A stretch of DNA of 60,650 nucleotides, filler included, from Polymyxa betae A26-41 (GCA_003693705.1; 7 parts of 7 records of this genome joined end to end with filler, not necessarily neighbours in it); one strand, 5' to 3'. Shown: positions 23,530-35,821, counted from the first letter of the whole stretch. Notes: generated by a model from the sequence alone, not told the origin. Program-made: numbers and translations.

Positions 23530-26500
23530 TTCTCGAGACGAAACCGCTACACCGTGGCGTTTTCATGACGGTATAAGACGCGCCAAGGGCCCGTATTGGG
23601 CGGAAGTAATCGTCTGGATTGGCGTTCCTCCATAACGGGTTCGGCAGCGGATCGGGCGACCCAAACGAGACGGCCTGGCTCCAACTGCAGGTCACGGCGT
23701 TTCACATTAGTCTGCTTTGCTTGCGCCTTGTACGTGGAGGCTGCATTACGCCTCGCCATCTCCCAAGTCGCCTTCAGCCGCGAATTTAGGTTCCGCAACA
23801 ACTGCCGGATTTCATCAGACATCCCGCTCGCCGGAATCTGGACGTTATATCGTGGTGGCCCGCGAAGGTCTCGACCATACTCCATGAAATGGGGCGTTTC
23901 CTTGGTCGTTTCGTTGATTCCCTGCCCGTAGGCAAACTCCAAATATGGAAGTGTACGGTCCCATCGGCGCTTATTATCCTCATCCAATGCCATAAGAAAC
24001 GCGTTCAAATAGCGGTGCGGACGTTCCGCCATGCCATTAGCAGCAGCCCTTTAGGAAACAGTGAAGGCGGTCCGAAATTGGAAGGCATCTCCAAGCGCGG
24101 TCCAAAGATTGTTGCGCCACGTAAGTCCTCGGTCACAAACGATTTTCTCAGGAAAACCCTTCTGTAGGAAGAGTTTTCGGATCAAGACGTCTGCTGCTTC
24201 ACGATCTCGATTTGACCGGAATGAAATGAGTTGCGTGCGTCAAACGGCAAGTAGCTGACAAAACGTGCCGATAACCCTTACTCGTTACAGGAAAATTCTC
24301 CACAAGGTCGACATAGATTACTTGCCAGGGCTCGCTTGCGGCATCCGGATCAAAGAGTTGCCGAAGTCCGTTTGAAGATGATGCAGTCGCCTTGACTTTC
24401 TGACAGGTCTCACAATTTCGGATGTAGTTCGCCACATCTCGCTATATTCCGGGCCAGTACGCCTCTTGTCGCAGGCGGTATAATGTTCGTTTCACTCCAA
24501 AATGGCCTCCTATCAAAGAATCATGAGCACCCTGAAGCCATTCGGTCACATTCGGAACGCAGATTTGTGGTCTCCTTGACTGGCCATTCGTTCGCGGGCG
24601 CCGGTTACGGATGAGGACACCGTTTTCATCGAACTCGAAGTCAGATCGGATGCCGTTCCCAGATCCGCGACTGAAAGCCTCCATAATATCGAACCACATA
24701 GGATCAGCACGTTGTCGATCAACAAGCGAGGCACCGCCCTGTTCGTGTACATCGCTGACGCAGACCACCATAACTCCGAGCTTCGGAACATAATCGTCGC
24801 CACTGTCCGAATCGTTGTCCGAAGTGAGCACGCCCGTCATAGAATGGTCCAGGTTCGGCTCGTCATCATGATGCACGAATTCACAGCGGCTGAGTGCGTC
24901 GGCATTAGAGTTGTCTTCTCATGGTCGGTATCGGATCGTGTAGGCAAAGGGCTCCAACTCTTCCCAGATGCGACAGAACTGCGGATCGTCGGTCTCCTTC
25001 CGAAGAAATTCCTGAGGCCGGTGGTCGGTCTCTATGATGAAAGGACCCCCTCTAGATAACATCGCCAGCGTCGTACTGCCAATCGAATGGCGACGGCCTC
25101 GCCGCGTCTTGCTGAATAATGACGTTCCCGTCCCCGACATTTCTTCGACAGGTACGCGATTGGGTGTTCTTCGCCGTCAGCCGTTCGCTGACTCAATACA
25201 GCACCGAATCCTGCCTGTGAATAATCAGCTTGGACAATAAAAGGTAATGAAAAGTCCGGGTGAGCCAGTACTGGACGTTCCGAGAGTTTTGTCGGAGCGT
25301 TTGGAATGCATGTTGATGGTCGTCCGTCCATTTCCATTCCGCTGTGTTTGCGCTCAGATTGGTCAGAGGAGCCGCGATCATCGCAAAATCGGGAATGAAA
25401 GAATGGTAGTATCCTGCTAGGCCGAGAAACGATTTGAGCTGCTTTTTGTCCGCAGGCACCGGATATTGTTCGACCGCATCAACGAGCCGCTTGTCCGGCC
25501 GAATTCCTTGGTCACTGACGCAATGGCCCAGGTACGTCACCTCCTTTTTTAGAATGAAAGTTTTCTTCGGATTCACCATCAGGTTATGTTCTCGCAACCG
25601 GTTAAAAACCCGGTCCAGTCGCTCCAAGTGATCTAAGAAGGTAGATGAAAACACCACAATATCGTCCATATAGACTAAACAGTCCTAGTTGATTCCTGAA
25701 AGCACTTTGTTCATCAGCCGGCAATAGGTTGCAGGCGCACATTTTAGGCCGAAGGGCATCCGAAAAGGCCGTCGCGCGTCACAAATGCTGTTTTCGGGCG
25801 ATCTTCTTCGGCGACAGAGACTTGCCAGTAGCCTGACGCCATGTCGAAAACCGAAAAATACCTCGTACCTGACATCGCTGCCAGCTGTATCAATCTATAT
25901 TTTCTCCGTTAGTCGCAATAAGTGCGCGACTGCGCTAAGAAGACTGTGGGCAGACTCTTGGACATTCCGTCGGAAGTGATCAGGTCCGGAAGTTGCGTCA
26001 CGGACTGCGGAACTACCTTGGGCCCTGACTCCCTGAAATAATACACAATCGATTCTCAGCACTATCACAGACTCGTTTATTACTACGTAGTGAAGTGCTC
26101 TACAGCGCGTCATCGACTCTCGGTATCGGGTGGGCGTCCATCTCCGTGAGGTCGTTGAGGCGACGGTAATCGATGGCGAACCGATATGTGCCGTCTTTCT
26201 TCTTTGTCAAGACGACTCCGGCGCCCCACGGACTTGTTGACGGTCGAATGTGCCCGTCCTTCAACAATTTTTGAAACAGTTTCCTTAACATACATCTCCA
26301 AGTCCGGATGGCGACGTCGCGGAGGTCCTGATACTGGCTGAGCACCAGGCATGAGCTTGATGACATGTCGTTCTGTAATAGTTTTTCCGAGGGGATTGTT
26401 TTCTGTGCAAAACCTGTCGGCATTCTTCATTAACCATTTCCGCACGAGCCCCTGTTGTTCCGGAGCCAGAGAATCCCAATCGACATTCACTGTTGACAAT

Positions 26501-26956
26501 ACAATTCTCAGATGTGGATCATTCACCCCCAACGTTGGGTCGAATTTCGCGCCTCCGATAGTGATTTCGCAGATCTCGCCGTTGTCTTCTCGAACGGCCT
26601 CCGCTATCACGTCTCCTGGAAGCAGAGTTATCGCCTCATCCGACATGTTCGCCAGCAGTAATCGACACTTCCGATTGCTGAGCTCAATGAGGCCCTCCGC
26701 CACTCTCCCCCTATGTTGACCAACTGCTCGCACTCTCATGACTCCTGTAGTCGCATCGTCAGCGAGGACGTTCGCCAAAACATGATAATTAGGCATCATT
26801 TCCAGTCTTTGTTGCAGTCGAAGACGTACTGGCCCCATAGTGTGGTCCGGTACGCACCACGGAATGAATGTCGGAGGATTGCCAATGTAAACCCCTTTGG
26901 CTACATCGACATGCGCCTGTACTTGCACCAATTTGTCTCGGCCAATGATGACCGGT
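23530..26956 (-). pseudogene. pol: Gypsy pol (RT-RH-IN) with frameshifts and stops
   Basis: Motifs are split over ORFs 26110-26931, 26100-26423, 25193-25669, 25032-25337, 24442-24876, 24199-24435 and 23547-24032. Confidence 0.92.
25886..26104. mobile_element. Solo-LTR-like 219-bp insertion interrupting RT
   Basis: TGTA...TACA termini. It splits the RT sequence VDDAL/AAMSGTRYFSVFD. TSD ambiguous. Confidence 0.7.
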
Positions 26957-27232
26957 NNNNNNNNNNNNNNNNNNNNNNNNNNNNNNNNNNNNNNNNNNNN
27001 NNNNNNNNNNNNNNNNNNNNNNNNNNNNNNNNNNNNNNNNNNNNNNNNNNNNNNNNNNNNNNNNNNNNNNNNNNNNNNNNNNNNNNNNNNNNNNNNNNNN
27101 NNNNNNNNNNNNNNNNNNNNNNGTGCCCCAAACCATCGCGGTCGAATTACAGCAACAGCGGGGAGTCACCGGTTCGTCTCAACAGCACCCTGGGTCCCAG
27201 GGGGTTGGGGCGGCTGTAGCCGTCCCGCGTCC

Positions 27233-28540
27233 TCAGGCCGACGACGACTTGGTCGTGTTGGCCGTGTTGGAAGATCTGGTCGTTGCCGGGCGGGTCGGAC
27301 ATTCGCTCTTGTAATGGCCATGTTCTCGACAGTGCCCGCAAAACGCCTTTTTACGAGCCTTCTCACAATCTCGGAAATCATGATCATTTGTCCGACAAGT
27401 ACGACACTTGTAATTGGACGGTTGAGAAGCCTGGCTCGTACCTTGAGATGCATCCGGAACGTTCGCGTTCACTTTGTGCCTTCGCTTGCCCTCCTGAACC
27501 CGCTCCGCGTAGATACATTCTCTCAAGATCCTGGTCTGATCCCGATAATCCATACCTCTTATACGGTTCTCGAACCCGTATTTACTGTCCAACACCAGTT
27601 TGACGTCCAGTCGTAAGCTTCCACGATAAATGAAATAAACCAGGTCCGGTGTGGCCTTATCCGGCTGATATGTCTGGAAATTATTCAGCGCGGCTTCGAG
27701 TCTAGGTAATAGATCCGTAAGAGTTTCGGTCGGTCCTTGTCTGATCGATAAAGCCGCCTCCTGCCATCGGCCGACCCGGTTAGCTTCAGTCACACCTGCA
27801 ATTCGGTCACGCACATCCACCAGTACAGATTCGTATGTCGAGTCCGGAAACTCGCGCGCGGACGCCTTAATCTGGTTCTGCAGGGTACCGACATGGACCT
27901 TAGTTAAAAGCCAGTGGTGAAGCTGTTGACGATCAATTGATGATTCGGCGCCACGGCAAAGCGCAATAGCCATCTCCAGCCAATCGAGTACAGCTTGGCG
28001 GCCTTTGTCGTCAAAGGGATCCGCTACGCACTGCGGTAATTTTAAAAACGAAATCGCCGACGACTGCGGCTGCACAGGCGATGGCCGGGGCGCGGCCTCC
28101 TCCAAAGCTGGAAGCAATGATCGCACTGAGTTCGGCTGCGGAGTTGAGACCCCGCGGTCCGATGATGACATTGCCGACCCGTCGAGACCGTGATTGCTGA
28201 CATCAGTCCTTTGTCCAGCGCCGTTGCCCGACGCGGGTGCTGGCGACACAACCTCCGATAAATTCGGACGGGCAGCATCTGGCGTTGAATCATTGCGAGC
28301 ATCATGGGCGCCATTCGCGTTCTCCAGTTCGGCTGACGAACCAGACGCCTGAGATACTTGCCTCATCTGTTGTAGCAGCCGTTCTGACAGCGACTCGCTG
28401 AGGGCTGTTATCGCACTCGTCACTGTCGACTGAACCATCTGTGTGACCTGTTCTTGTTGATCGGCTTGCTGTTGACGTAGCTGGTCGAGGTTCTCCTGTA
28501 GATTCGTAAACATATCCATAATATCCTGATTTCTGGTCAT
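27233..28540 (-). CDS. gag: Gypsy Gag, 435 aa
   Basis: Intact ORF with an N-terminal coiled coil, IRQGPTETL motif and CRTCRTNDHDFRDC / CGHCREHGHYKSEC zinc knuckles. Confidence 0.92.
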   Translation of the reverse strand: MTRNQDIMDMFTNLQENLDQLRQQQADQQEQVTQMVQSTVTSAITALSESLSERLLQQMRQVSQASGSSAELENANGAHDARNDSTPDAARPNLSEVVSPAPASGNGAGQRTDVSNHGLDGSAMSSSDRGVSTPQPNSVRSLLPALEEAAPRPSPVQPQSSAISFLKLPQCVADPFDDKGRQAVLDWLEMAIALCRGAESSIDRQQLHHWLLTKVHVGTLQNQIKASAREFPDSTYESVLVDVRDRIAGVTEANRVGRWQEAALSIRQGPTETLTDLLPRLEAALNNFQTYQPDKATPDLVYFIYRGSLRLDVKLVLDSKYGFENRIRGMDYRDQTRILRECIYAERVQEGKRRHKVNANVPDASQGTSQASQPSNYKCRTCRTNDHDFRDCEKARKKAFCGHCREHGHYKSECPTRPATTRSSNTANTTKSSSA

Positions 28541-28577
28541 GGTAATAGTTCACACCCCGATAATAGAATCGGATTTG

Positions 28578-28783
28578 TGTAACGTATTTCAGCTGGGGCT
28601 GGTAGGTTTTTAGCTGGAACACGAATTCCACTAGGAAAGTTGGTGAAATCGAATTGGTAGTAATAAATCCGATTCTATTATGAATAAACACAGCAGACAC
28701 ATTCTCGCTACGAACGCCGTGGATGTCGTGACTCAGCCTCGTTGATGGTCAGGTCGTACTGGACCGGACTGGGAGTCACGACA
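28578..28783 (-). repeat. 5' LTR (~206 bp) of the Gypsy element
   Basis: Minus strand TGTCGTG...GTTACA. Host-gene sequence resumes at 28784. The gag ATG lies 38 nt downstream. Confidence 0.8.
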
Positions 28784-29837
28784 GCAGCCAGTCAGAAAAG
28801 AGATACGCCTCATTGACTCTCTTAGTAAAATCCCCTCTAAAAACGGACGATTTCGGAGAGAGAGCTTGCAGCTCTTTGTCATTCGGTTCTTTGTGCTGAG
28901 GAACCATTCATTACACGCAGCATAATAACAAATAGGAGTTATGTTACCAGAAACTGACATAGACTATCATAGTCTGTAACATTAACAGCATCATGATGTA
29001 AAAAATTGTCCAAATTGGAAAACATTCGTGATACTCTGTATCGAGCTCGTTTCCTTTTCACACCTTTGTGAGAAGGTCCCTGATAGGAAACCATCAGTAA
29101 GAGCTCAGCAGATATTAATAATGGATGACATTATCTATTTCATTCTGCAGACAATATTCCGAAGCTGAAGCTGAAGCAGATCCCGGAATTACTTCTAAAA
29201 CTTGTTGATTTTCTGATAAAATAGCGGGCTGGAATGATATGTTAATAGGATCCAATAATGTTGGATTTTCAGAGCAGAACTCCTACATAAAAAGTTCAGT
29301 TTTGTAAAAGCAACGCATTGAATCACATCATACAATACGATTCGATAATGTATCATGGAACTCCTATATAGTTTGATTAGCCTGAGATATCATCAGAATA
29401 CAGCCGGTCTTACACTCAAAACAGAGGTTCCGCCTTCAGCACTATCATTCATCTCGCCTTCAGCCCCATCATTCATCTCGCCTTCAGCCCCATCATTCAT
29501 CTCGCCTTCAGCACCATCATTCATCTCGCCTTCAGCACCATCATTCATCTCCACTTCAGCACCATCATTCATCTCCAGGAAATTGCTGACTTCATTGTAA
29601 TGCTGATCTGGGTTTGATAAAAACATAAAAGAATCTTGAACGGGTCGGATATCAATGTCAATCAGCAGCTAAACATTTCCACTAAATAATCCGCTACTTG
29701 CGACAGATACAGACGGACGAGCTGACCTCTGACGGATGATCATCCGCACTGTTCATGAATCGCCCCATAATGGTCTCATCAGGGTTGGTGGCGTCGCATG
29801 TGACCAGTATCACGAGGAAGGTCCACGAAGAAAACAT
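28784..29837 (-). pseudogene. Secreted Cys-domain family, copy 1 (5' half, interrupted by Gypsy)
   Basis: MFSSWTFLVILVTCDA signal exon. Later VTDYDSLCQFL|HKEPNDKELQALS matches the copy at 35822-37983. Confidence 0.8.
29433..29576. repeat. Coding minisatellite, 6 x 24 bp (EMNDGAEG)
   Basis: ccttcagc(a/c)ccatcattcatctcg repeated in tandem. Confidence 0.95.
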
Positions 29838-30550
29838 CAATTCCAAAGCGACAAGAACGACACGAAAAGACAGAATCGATTCACAAAATTCCGAGGTCTG
29901 CGCAGTGCGAAAGCTCGTCCTGACTGGCCAGTGCTTTCGAAAAGTTTTTGAGATACACTGAATCAAAGAAGAAGCAAAATCATCGCTCCTATAGGTTTTT
30001 TGAAATTAAAGCCCATAACAGCTTCTCAAGGGTGAGCCCCAGTGTATAGGGATTGTGCGTCGGCAGCAAGGTCCACACGGTGACAGCGTAAAGCTTATCC
30101 CAAAATGAGCGATGAATTGTCGATGCCAGAATCTGCAGTGGGGGTTGTGCGCCCATATGATAGGCGAAACCAAACGTCTGAACTTGAGAAAGTGATCTTG
30201 ACAACGATGGAGATGCTCTACCAGTATCGGAATAAAAACTCCGTTATATATCGCTTTTATTGAACTCTTCATAAACTTTATAAAAACCTTTAAAGCCATA
30301 AAAGCTGTTTTATGACGCCATATCTCAACTTTAGAGAGTGATCTGTGACTTCAAACGCTTTATAAAGAGGTCAAGAGGTCCGTTCCCTCGCCACTTAAGC
30401 CGAAATTGGACGTCGCATCCAATCCTCGGAGGAGCCCTTACGTCGAATTTTGCGCTGAATGAGGTTGAACAGGATTTGAAGACAGAATTGGAGGAATCGG
30501 ATTTGTTGATGTGCGGTGACCACTTTATTGATTCGTTTGTATAATCCGAA

Positions 30551-32025
30551 TCCCTATATTATAAATAAAGTTTGTCGGGAACGCTGCGACTGGGGCCCAG
30601 TCGATGTTAAAGGGACGGCCTCCCGGGCCAGTCGCTGGCTAAAGTCGCGGCACGGCTCCGTCTGGCGCAGCCAGGCGGCCGACCCCCTTCCCTGCTTCCC
30701 AGTTACATATTTCAGGAACCGGTACGTCGGGAGGGAGGCTGCGGAGTCGTACTGGCCTCGGGACGTTTTCTGATCGCACATGTATCGTACAGTGCGACGA
30801 TCGGCAAAATTTCAACGGCGTCACGGCAATAGTGACCGAGTTGGCCCAGTGCGAAATACAAATATTGCAAATTAGGGTTTCGTCGGACAGAGGCAGTCAG
30901 GAAACCAGTCGTAAACCATTGACAGGACGCAGACCGTCACGGAACGCGCCACGGATTGGTCGTACTGGCCACACGACAAAATATTTCGCAATTGTATCAT
31001 AACGTGGGAAGATCTGGAAAATTTCGACGGCGTCACGCAAATATTGACGAAGTTGGGCCAGTACGAAAAACGAATATTGCGGATTAGGGTTTCCATCGAC
31101 TGTGCCAGTCAACGACCTGCCAATTTTGATAGCGAACGATTTTGCAATCACGTATTTCGCTCAAAAAACACTGAAAAAGTCCAGGTTTTTGCGAGCGGAT
31201 TCTGTCCATTTGGTACGTAAAGGACCTCGGACTTTACGTTACGCTGAAAATTGAAAATTCGTCAAATTTGAAGGGGATTTTCGCGTGGACAGTGGCTTCG
31301 CTGGGAGTGACAACTGTGAGCACATCACCGGGGCACCCGCGTCAGCGGGTCGGTGATCGAGCGAGGTAGGAGGCCCGCGAACTGTGGTCACATCGCATCG
31401 CGGAAACGCAAAACCCCCGGTCTCAGGTTGCAGCTAACCGTTCGCCAGCGCGGGTTTTGCGGTTCCGCTTGCTATCGTGACTGGCTTCGCTCCGACATTT
31501 AGGGGCTTTTTTAGGGGTCTTTTATAGGGGTGTTTATTAGGGGTCTTTATTAGGGATTTGAATTTGTTTTTTTTTCACGAGACGTTGTGACGACTGTCCG
31601 GCCGACGAAGGAGGCTGCCAGCGCGGCGAGCGCCGGGGGCTATGGGGGCTCCGCCCCCACACTATGGATCTGCTGAGAAGCCCGTTGCAGGCGGGCCGCG
31701 CGGCGAGCGCCGGCGTCGTGGGGGCAGAGCCCCCACCCATTGCGAAATCGGATTTGTCATCGATAAAAATCGAATCTGTCGTGTTCACAATTCATATAGC
31801 CTCAAAAAGCGGTCCTGAGGCGGAATGACAGGAACCTGGAACGGGGTCCGTGTGAGGTTTCGAATTTAATTTGTTATTGAGAATCGTGTCTTTCGACTTT
31901 ACAATAACACCAAACGCCTTCAATGTGAAACCAACAGCACCGCATCGTACAAGCCCGCCCAAACACAAAGCTGCTCACTAGGAACCCTAGAAGGACCGCT
32001 CTGCGGAGCGGTCTACGCACACTAG
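30551..32025 (+). mobile_element. Non-autonomous Helitron, copy 1
   Basis: Preceded by A, starts TC, ends with hairpin GACCGCTC-TGCG-GAGCGGTC 8 nt before CTAG. Internal TTTTAGGG-like tract. Confidence 0.88.
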
Positions 32026-34546
32026 TCCCTATATTATAAATAAAGTTTGTTGGGAAAGTCGTGACAGGGGCACAGTCGCGCAGCGACTGGGGCCCAGTCG
32101 AGCTATAAGGGCTTGGCCTCCTTGCCTGTCATTGCGCCAAGTCACGGTTCGGGAAAGTCGAGCCGCGAGGCCCCGGCGGAGGAGGCCGTCTGGCTGCGCC
32201 AGGCGGCCGACCCCCTTCCCAGGTCTGTATTTCAGGTACATACCAATAGGTCGGGGAGGGAGGCTACGCAGTCGTACTGGCCTCTGGACGTTGTTTTGTC
32301 GCACATGTATCGTAAAGTGCGACGATCGGAAAGATTTCACCGGCTTCACGGCAATATTGACCGAGTTGGCCCAGTGCGAAATAAGTATATTGCAAATTAG
32401 GGTTTCGTCGACTGTTTGCCAGTCAGGGGCCAGTCAGGGGCCAGTCAGAAACCATTGACAGGACGCAGACCGTCACGGAACGCGCCACGGAATGGTCGTA
32501 CTGGACACGCGACAAAATATTTCACAAATGTATCATAACGTGCTACCGTCGCGGACATCTTAACTGTCATAGATTACTAAGGGAGTAACTTGATTAAACA
32601 AGGCTTGCCCGGGTAACCCTTCTGTCAATATCAAAGGCCGTTTTCGAATAGATCTCGTCGAGAGGAACAAAACAACGGCCCCGGTTTTCAAAATTTCGAA
32701 ATTATCGCGCAGTTTTAATGATATTTAGTTGTAAGGAGACCGTCGGATTGCACCAATAGGCGCACATTTTAGGTTTTTCACCGAAAAAATAAAGTGCGCC
32801 GGTGAAGGGCAGAAATATGCGCAGTCAGAAAAGTCCGTGGACAGCGCATTTCATTTTGGACATGGTACAAATCATCCACGTGCGGTGCGGCTTACTTCAA
32901 TCGTTTGGCATGCCACGAAAACGAAAGCGTTTCGCTCACCTGGCTCGAATGAACGTGGCAAGAACCATCACGGCTTCTGTGGTCTTTGAGGGCGGCGTCG
33001 CTGCTGCTATTATTGCGAATTTGATTTCATTGCAATGTTTTGGGGTGCTGTTAAACTCTACACACGTTTGCATTGCAATTATTCTTTTAACGGTTTGGTC
33101 AAAAATTACCCTTTGCTTTATCTTCTGTTTCCATTATCCTGATTCGCCGATTTGCTCGAAAATGCTTTAGGTTGGAAATTTTTGGCATAATGATATTTGT
33201 TTGCTTAATTGTTCATAACTTTGATTTATGGATGCACATTGGGGAGAAAATGCAGAGTTTAACAGTTAAAGAGATGGAGCGTGCTGTCCTGAAGTTCAAA
33301 AGTCACCGAACGAATCCGTTGTGGTGATATAGAGAGAACAAATAGATAAAAAACTGGGATTTTGCGATCGCAAATTTAATGCGCACTCACGCAAAATGTT
33401 TTTTTGGGCATGCACTTTTGGATTCAATTTGCACCATCCCGGTCGGTTTATGACAGTTAAGATGTCCGCGACAGTAGGTTTTGGAAAATTTCGACGGCGT
33501 CACGCAAATATTGACGGAGTTGGGCCAGCACGAAAAACGATTATTGTAAATTAGGGTTTCCGCCGACTGTGCCAGTCAACGAGCTGCCAATCGTGACAGC
33601 GATCGGTTTTGCAATCACGAATTTCGCTCAAAAAACACTGAAAAAGTCCCGTTTTTTGCGAGCGGATTCTGCCCACTTGGTATGTACTGGCCCGCGGTCT
33701 TCACGTTACGCTGAAAAATTGCAATTTGCCAAATTTATTCGGGATTTACGAGTGGTCTGTGGCTTCGATGGGGCCGACCTGGTACATACAGGCCCGCGGA
33801 CTTTACGTTACATTGAAAAATGAAAATTCGCCAAATTTGAAGGGGATTTACGCGTGGACAGTGGCTTCGCTGGGGGTGGCAACTGTGAGCCCATCACCGG
33901 GGTACCCGCGTTAGCGGGTCGGTGATCGAGCGAAGTAGGAAGCCCGCGAACTGTGGTCACATCGCATCGCGGAAACGCAAAACCCGCGCTGGCGAACGGT
34001 TAGCCGCTACCGGGGGTTTTGCTGTTCCGCTTGCGATCGTGACTGGCTTCGCTCCGATTTAGGGGCTTTTTTAGGGGTCTTTTTAGGGGTGTTGTTTAGG
34101 ATGTTTTTTTACGGATCTTTTTTAGGGTGTTTTTTTAGGGGTCTTTATTAGGGATTTGAATTTGTTTTTTGTTTTTTTGAACAGACGTTATGACGATTGT
34201 CCAGCCGAAGAACGAGGCTGCCCGCGCGGCGAGCGCCGGGGTCGTGGAGGCAGAGCCCCCACCCATTGCGGAATCGGATTTGTCATCGATAGAAATCGAA
34301 TCTATAGTGTTCACAATTTATATATCCTCCGGTCCTGAGGCGGTATGACAGGTACAGTGGACTGTGGTCCGTGGGAGGTTTCGACTTGAATTTGTCATTG
34401 AGAAGCGGGTCTTTCGACTTTACAATAACACCAAACGCCTTCAAAGTGAAACCAACAGCACCGCCCAAGCACAAAGCTGCGCACTAGGAAAAGCTTAGCA
34501 CACTTCCCAAGAAGGACCGCTCTGCGGAGCGGTCTAAGCACACTAG
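32026..34546 (+). mobile_element. Non-autonomous Helitron, copy 2 (head-to-tail with copy 1)
   Basis: Same TCCCTATATTATAAATAAAG start, same hairpin plus CTAG end followed by T. Carries an internal duplication and a nested element. Confidence 0.88.
32546..33474 (+). mobile_element. Non-autonomous Tc1/mariner-type element nested in the Helitron
   Basis: ~26-bp TIRs CCGTCGCGGACATCTTAACTGTCATA / TATGACAGTTAAGATGTCCGCGACAG, TA duplication, transposase C-terminal relic FMDAH..ERAVLKFKSHR. Confidence 0.88.
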
Positions 34547-35821
34547 TCACCATAATTAGGATATTCACGCCCTTTATATATTCTAAAGGGTTGCGCCTGA
34601 TTCCTTGTTACAGTGAAATTTTAAAGGGTTGCGCCTGATTCTTCGTTACAGGCTTACAGTGTGATCATGTGGTGGCGCCTCCTTATCATTGACATTACAT
34701 AGATTGAGACACTCCTCTGTTTGCACTCCATTGGCATCATTAACATACACAGGTCAGGGCGAGCGCGGCTGCCGAACGAAGACACGGGTGGCGCCCAGAG
34801 CATACAGAGGCTCTTCGGCAATACCTCATCCAGAATGACCATTTGAAGGCGCTGACAGGCCGTGTCGTGAAATCGAATTGTCCGATCTTTGCAAATATAG
34901 ATATGAACATTTTAGGCGGACGTGTTCGCTCGATCAGAGAGAGACTTTCCAAGGATTAATAAAATTTGAAATTGTATTTATGACTTCTTTGAATGCAGTT
35001 TATAGAAAAGGGTTCGAATAACGCATCGATTTTAGCGTGGAGCTCCTGAATGTGACAATATAACAGAGCCAAATGTCCAGAAAAGGGCAACATTGATAGG
35101 GAGTAAGACCATAAAAATTGACCAACATTAAGATTTTCTCCTTCATCGGTCTGACGAATTCACCGACCGCAACGGAAAAGAAATAGTTTTGGTGGTGCTA
35201 TCACACGTTTGTCATACCTCAATGAAATTCAAGGTATCAGAAAGTGGCCACGAGCTGATCGTCACATTGGAAGATAAATTTTCCTCTGCTGCGTCGTAAA
35301 TCGATCCCAAAATCACAACGGTTGATGATCTCATCAATGATCCTGAGAGCAAGCTTTTGAAAGCCATGTTTGGTGAAGCTCAGAAACCTATGACTTACAC
35401 TATACAGCTGGGTATGACGGTTGCAACTAACCCTGTCAAACGAGCAATCAAGGGGCCCAATGGAGAAACCGTTCCAAACGTGATGTTACTCACAGTTCGA
35501 AACGATGATGCTGACTCAATGGAATCACTGTGATTTGAAATGTGTATGTAGTTGCAATATAAGTTTAATACATTTTCAGTTTTTGCAATGTTACTGTGTA
35601 ATGTAAATTTCACTTTTCCAGCGACAGCCATGGTACTTTACCTCACCTTCCTGGTAGAAAACGATCGAGCTTACAGTGGCTGGCAGCTCCATCGGATTGA
35701 TAAATTGCGCCATAAAGGTCTCATTGGTAGCGTCATCAATAAAAGCGTTTATGTAAATAACCGAATTTCAAAGATGCAAACAATTTGAGCTACTGACAGT
35801 GTTATCAGACTTAAGTGAAGA

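Larger units (their letters stand above)
23530..28783 (-). mobile_element. Ty3/Gypsy LTR retrotransposon (5' LTR, gag, pol); 3' end lost at the contig edge
   Basis: Gag with two CCHC knuckles, RT (FAIDYRRLN, YMDD), RNase H (VQADYS, TDHRP), integrase (HDS..GHFG..CETC, VDLV, VCDRG, AER, GPW). Confidence 0.95.

Noticed and set aside
26713-27616. ORFs running through N blocks
   Set aside because: Artefacts of translating across gaps and linkers.
29433-29576. CRISPR-like array
   Set aside because: Contiguous 24-bp units with no unique spacers, in frame within an exon, and no cas genes.
31495-31560. True telomere or chromosome end
   Set aside because: Degenerate TTTTAGGG tract lying inside a Helitron and repeated in the second copy.
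34750-35535. Myb/SANT-like or transposon accessory gene (HGWRPEHTEALRQYL...)
   Set aside because: Broken by stops and the similarity is too weak to call by eye.
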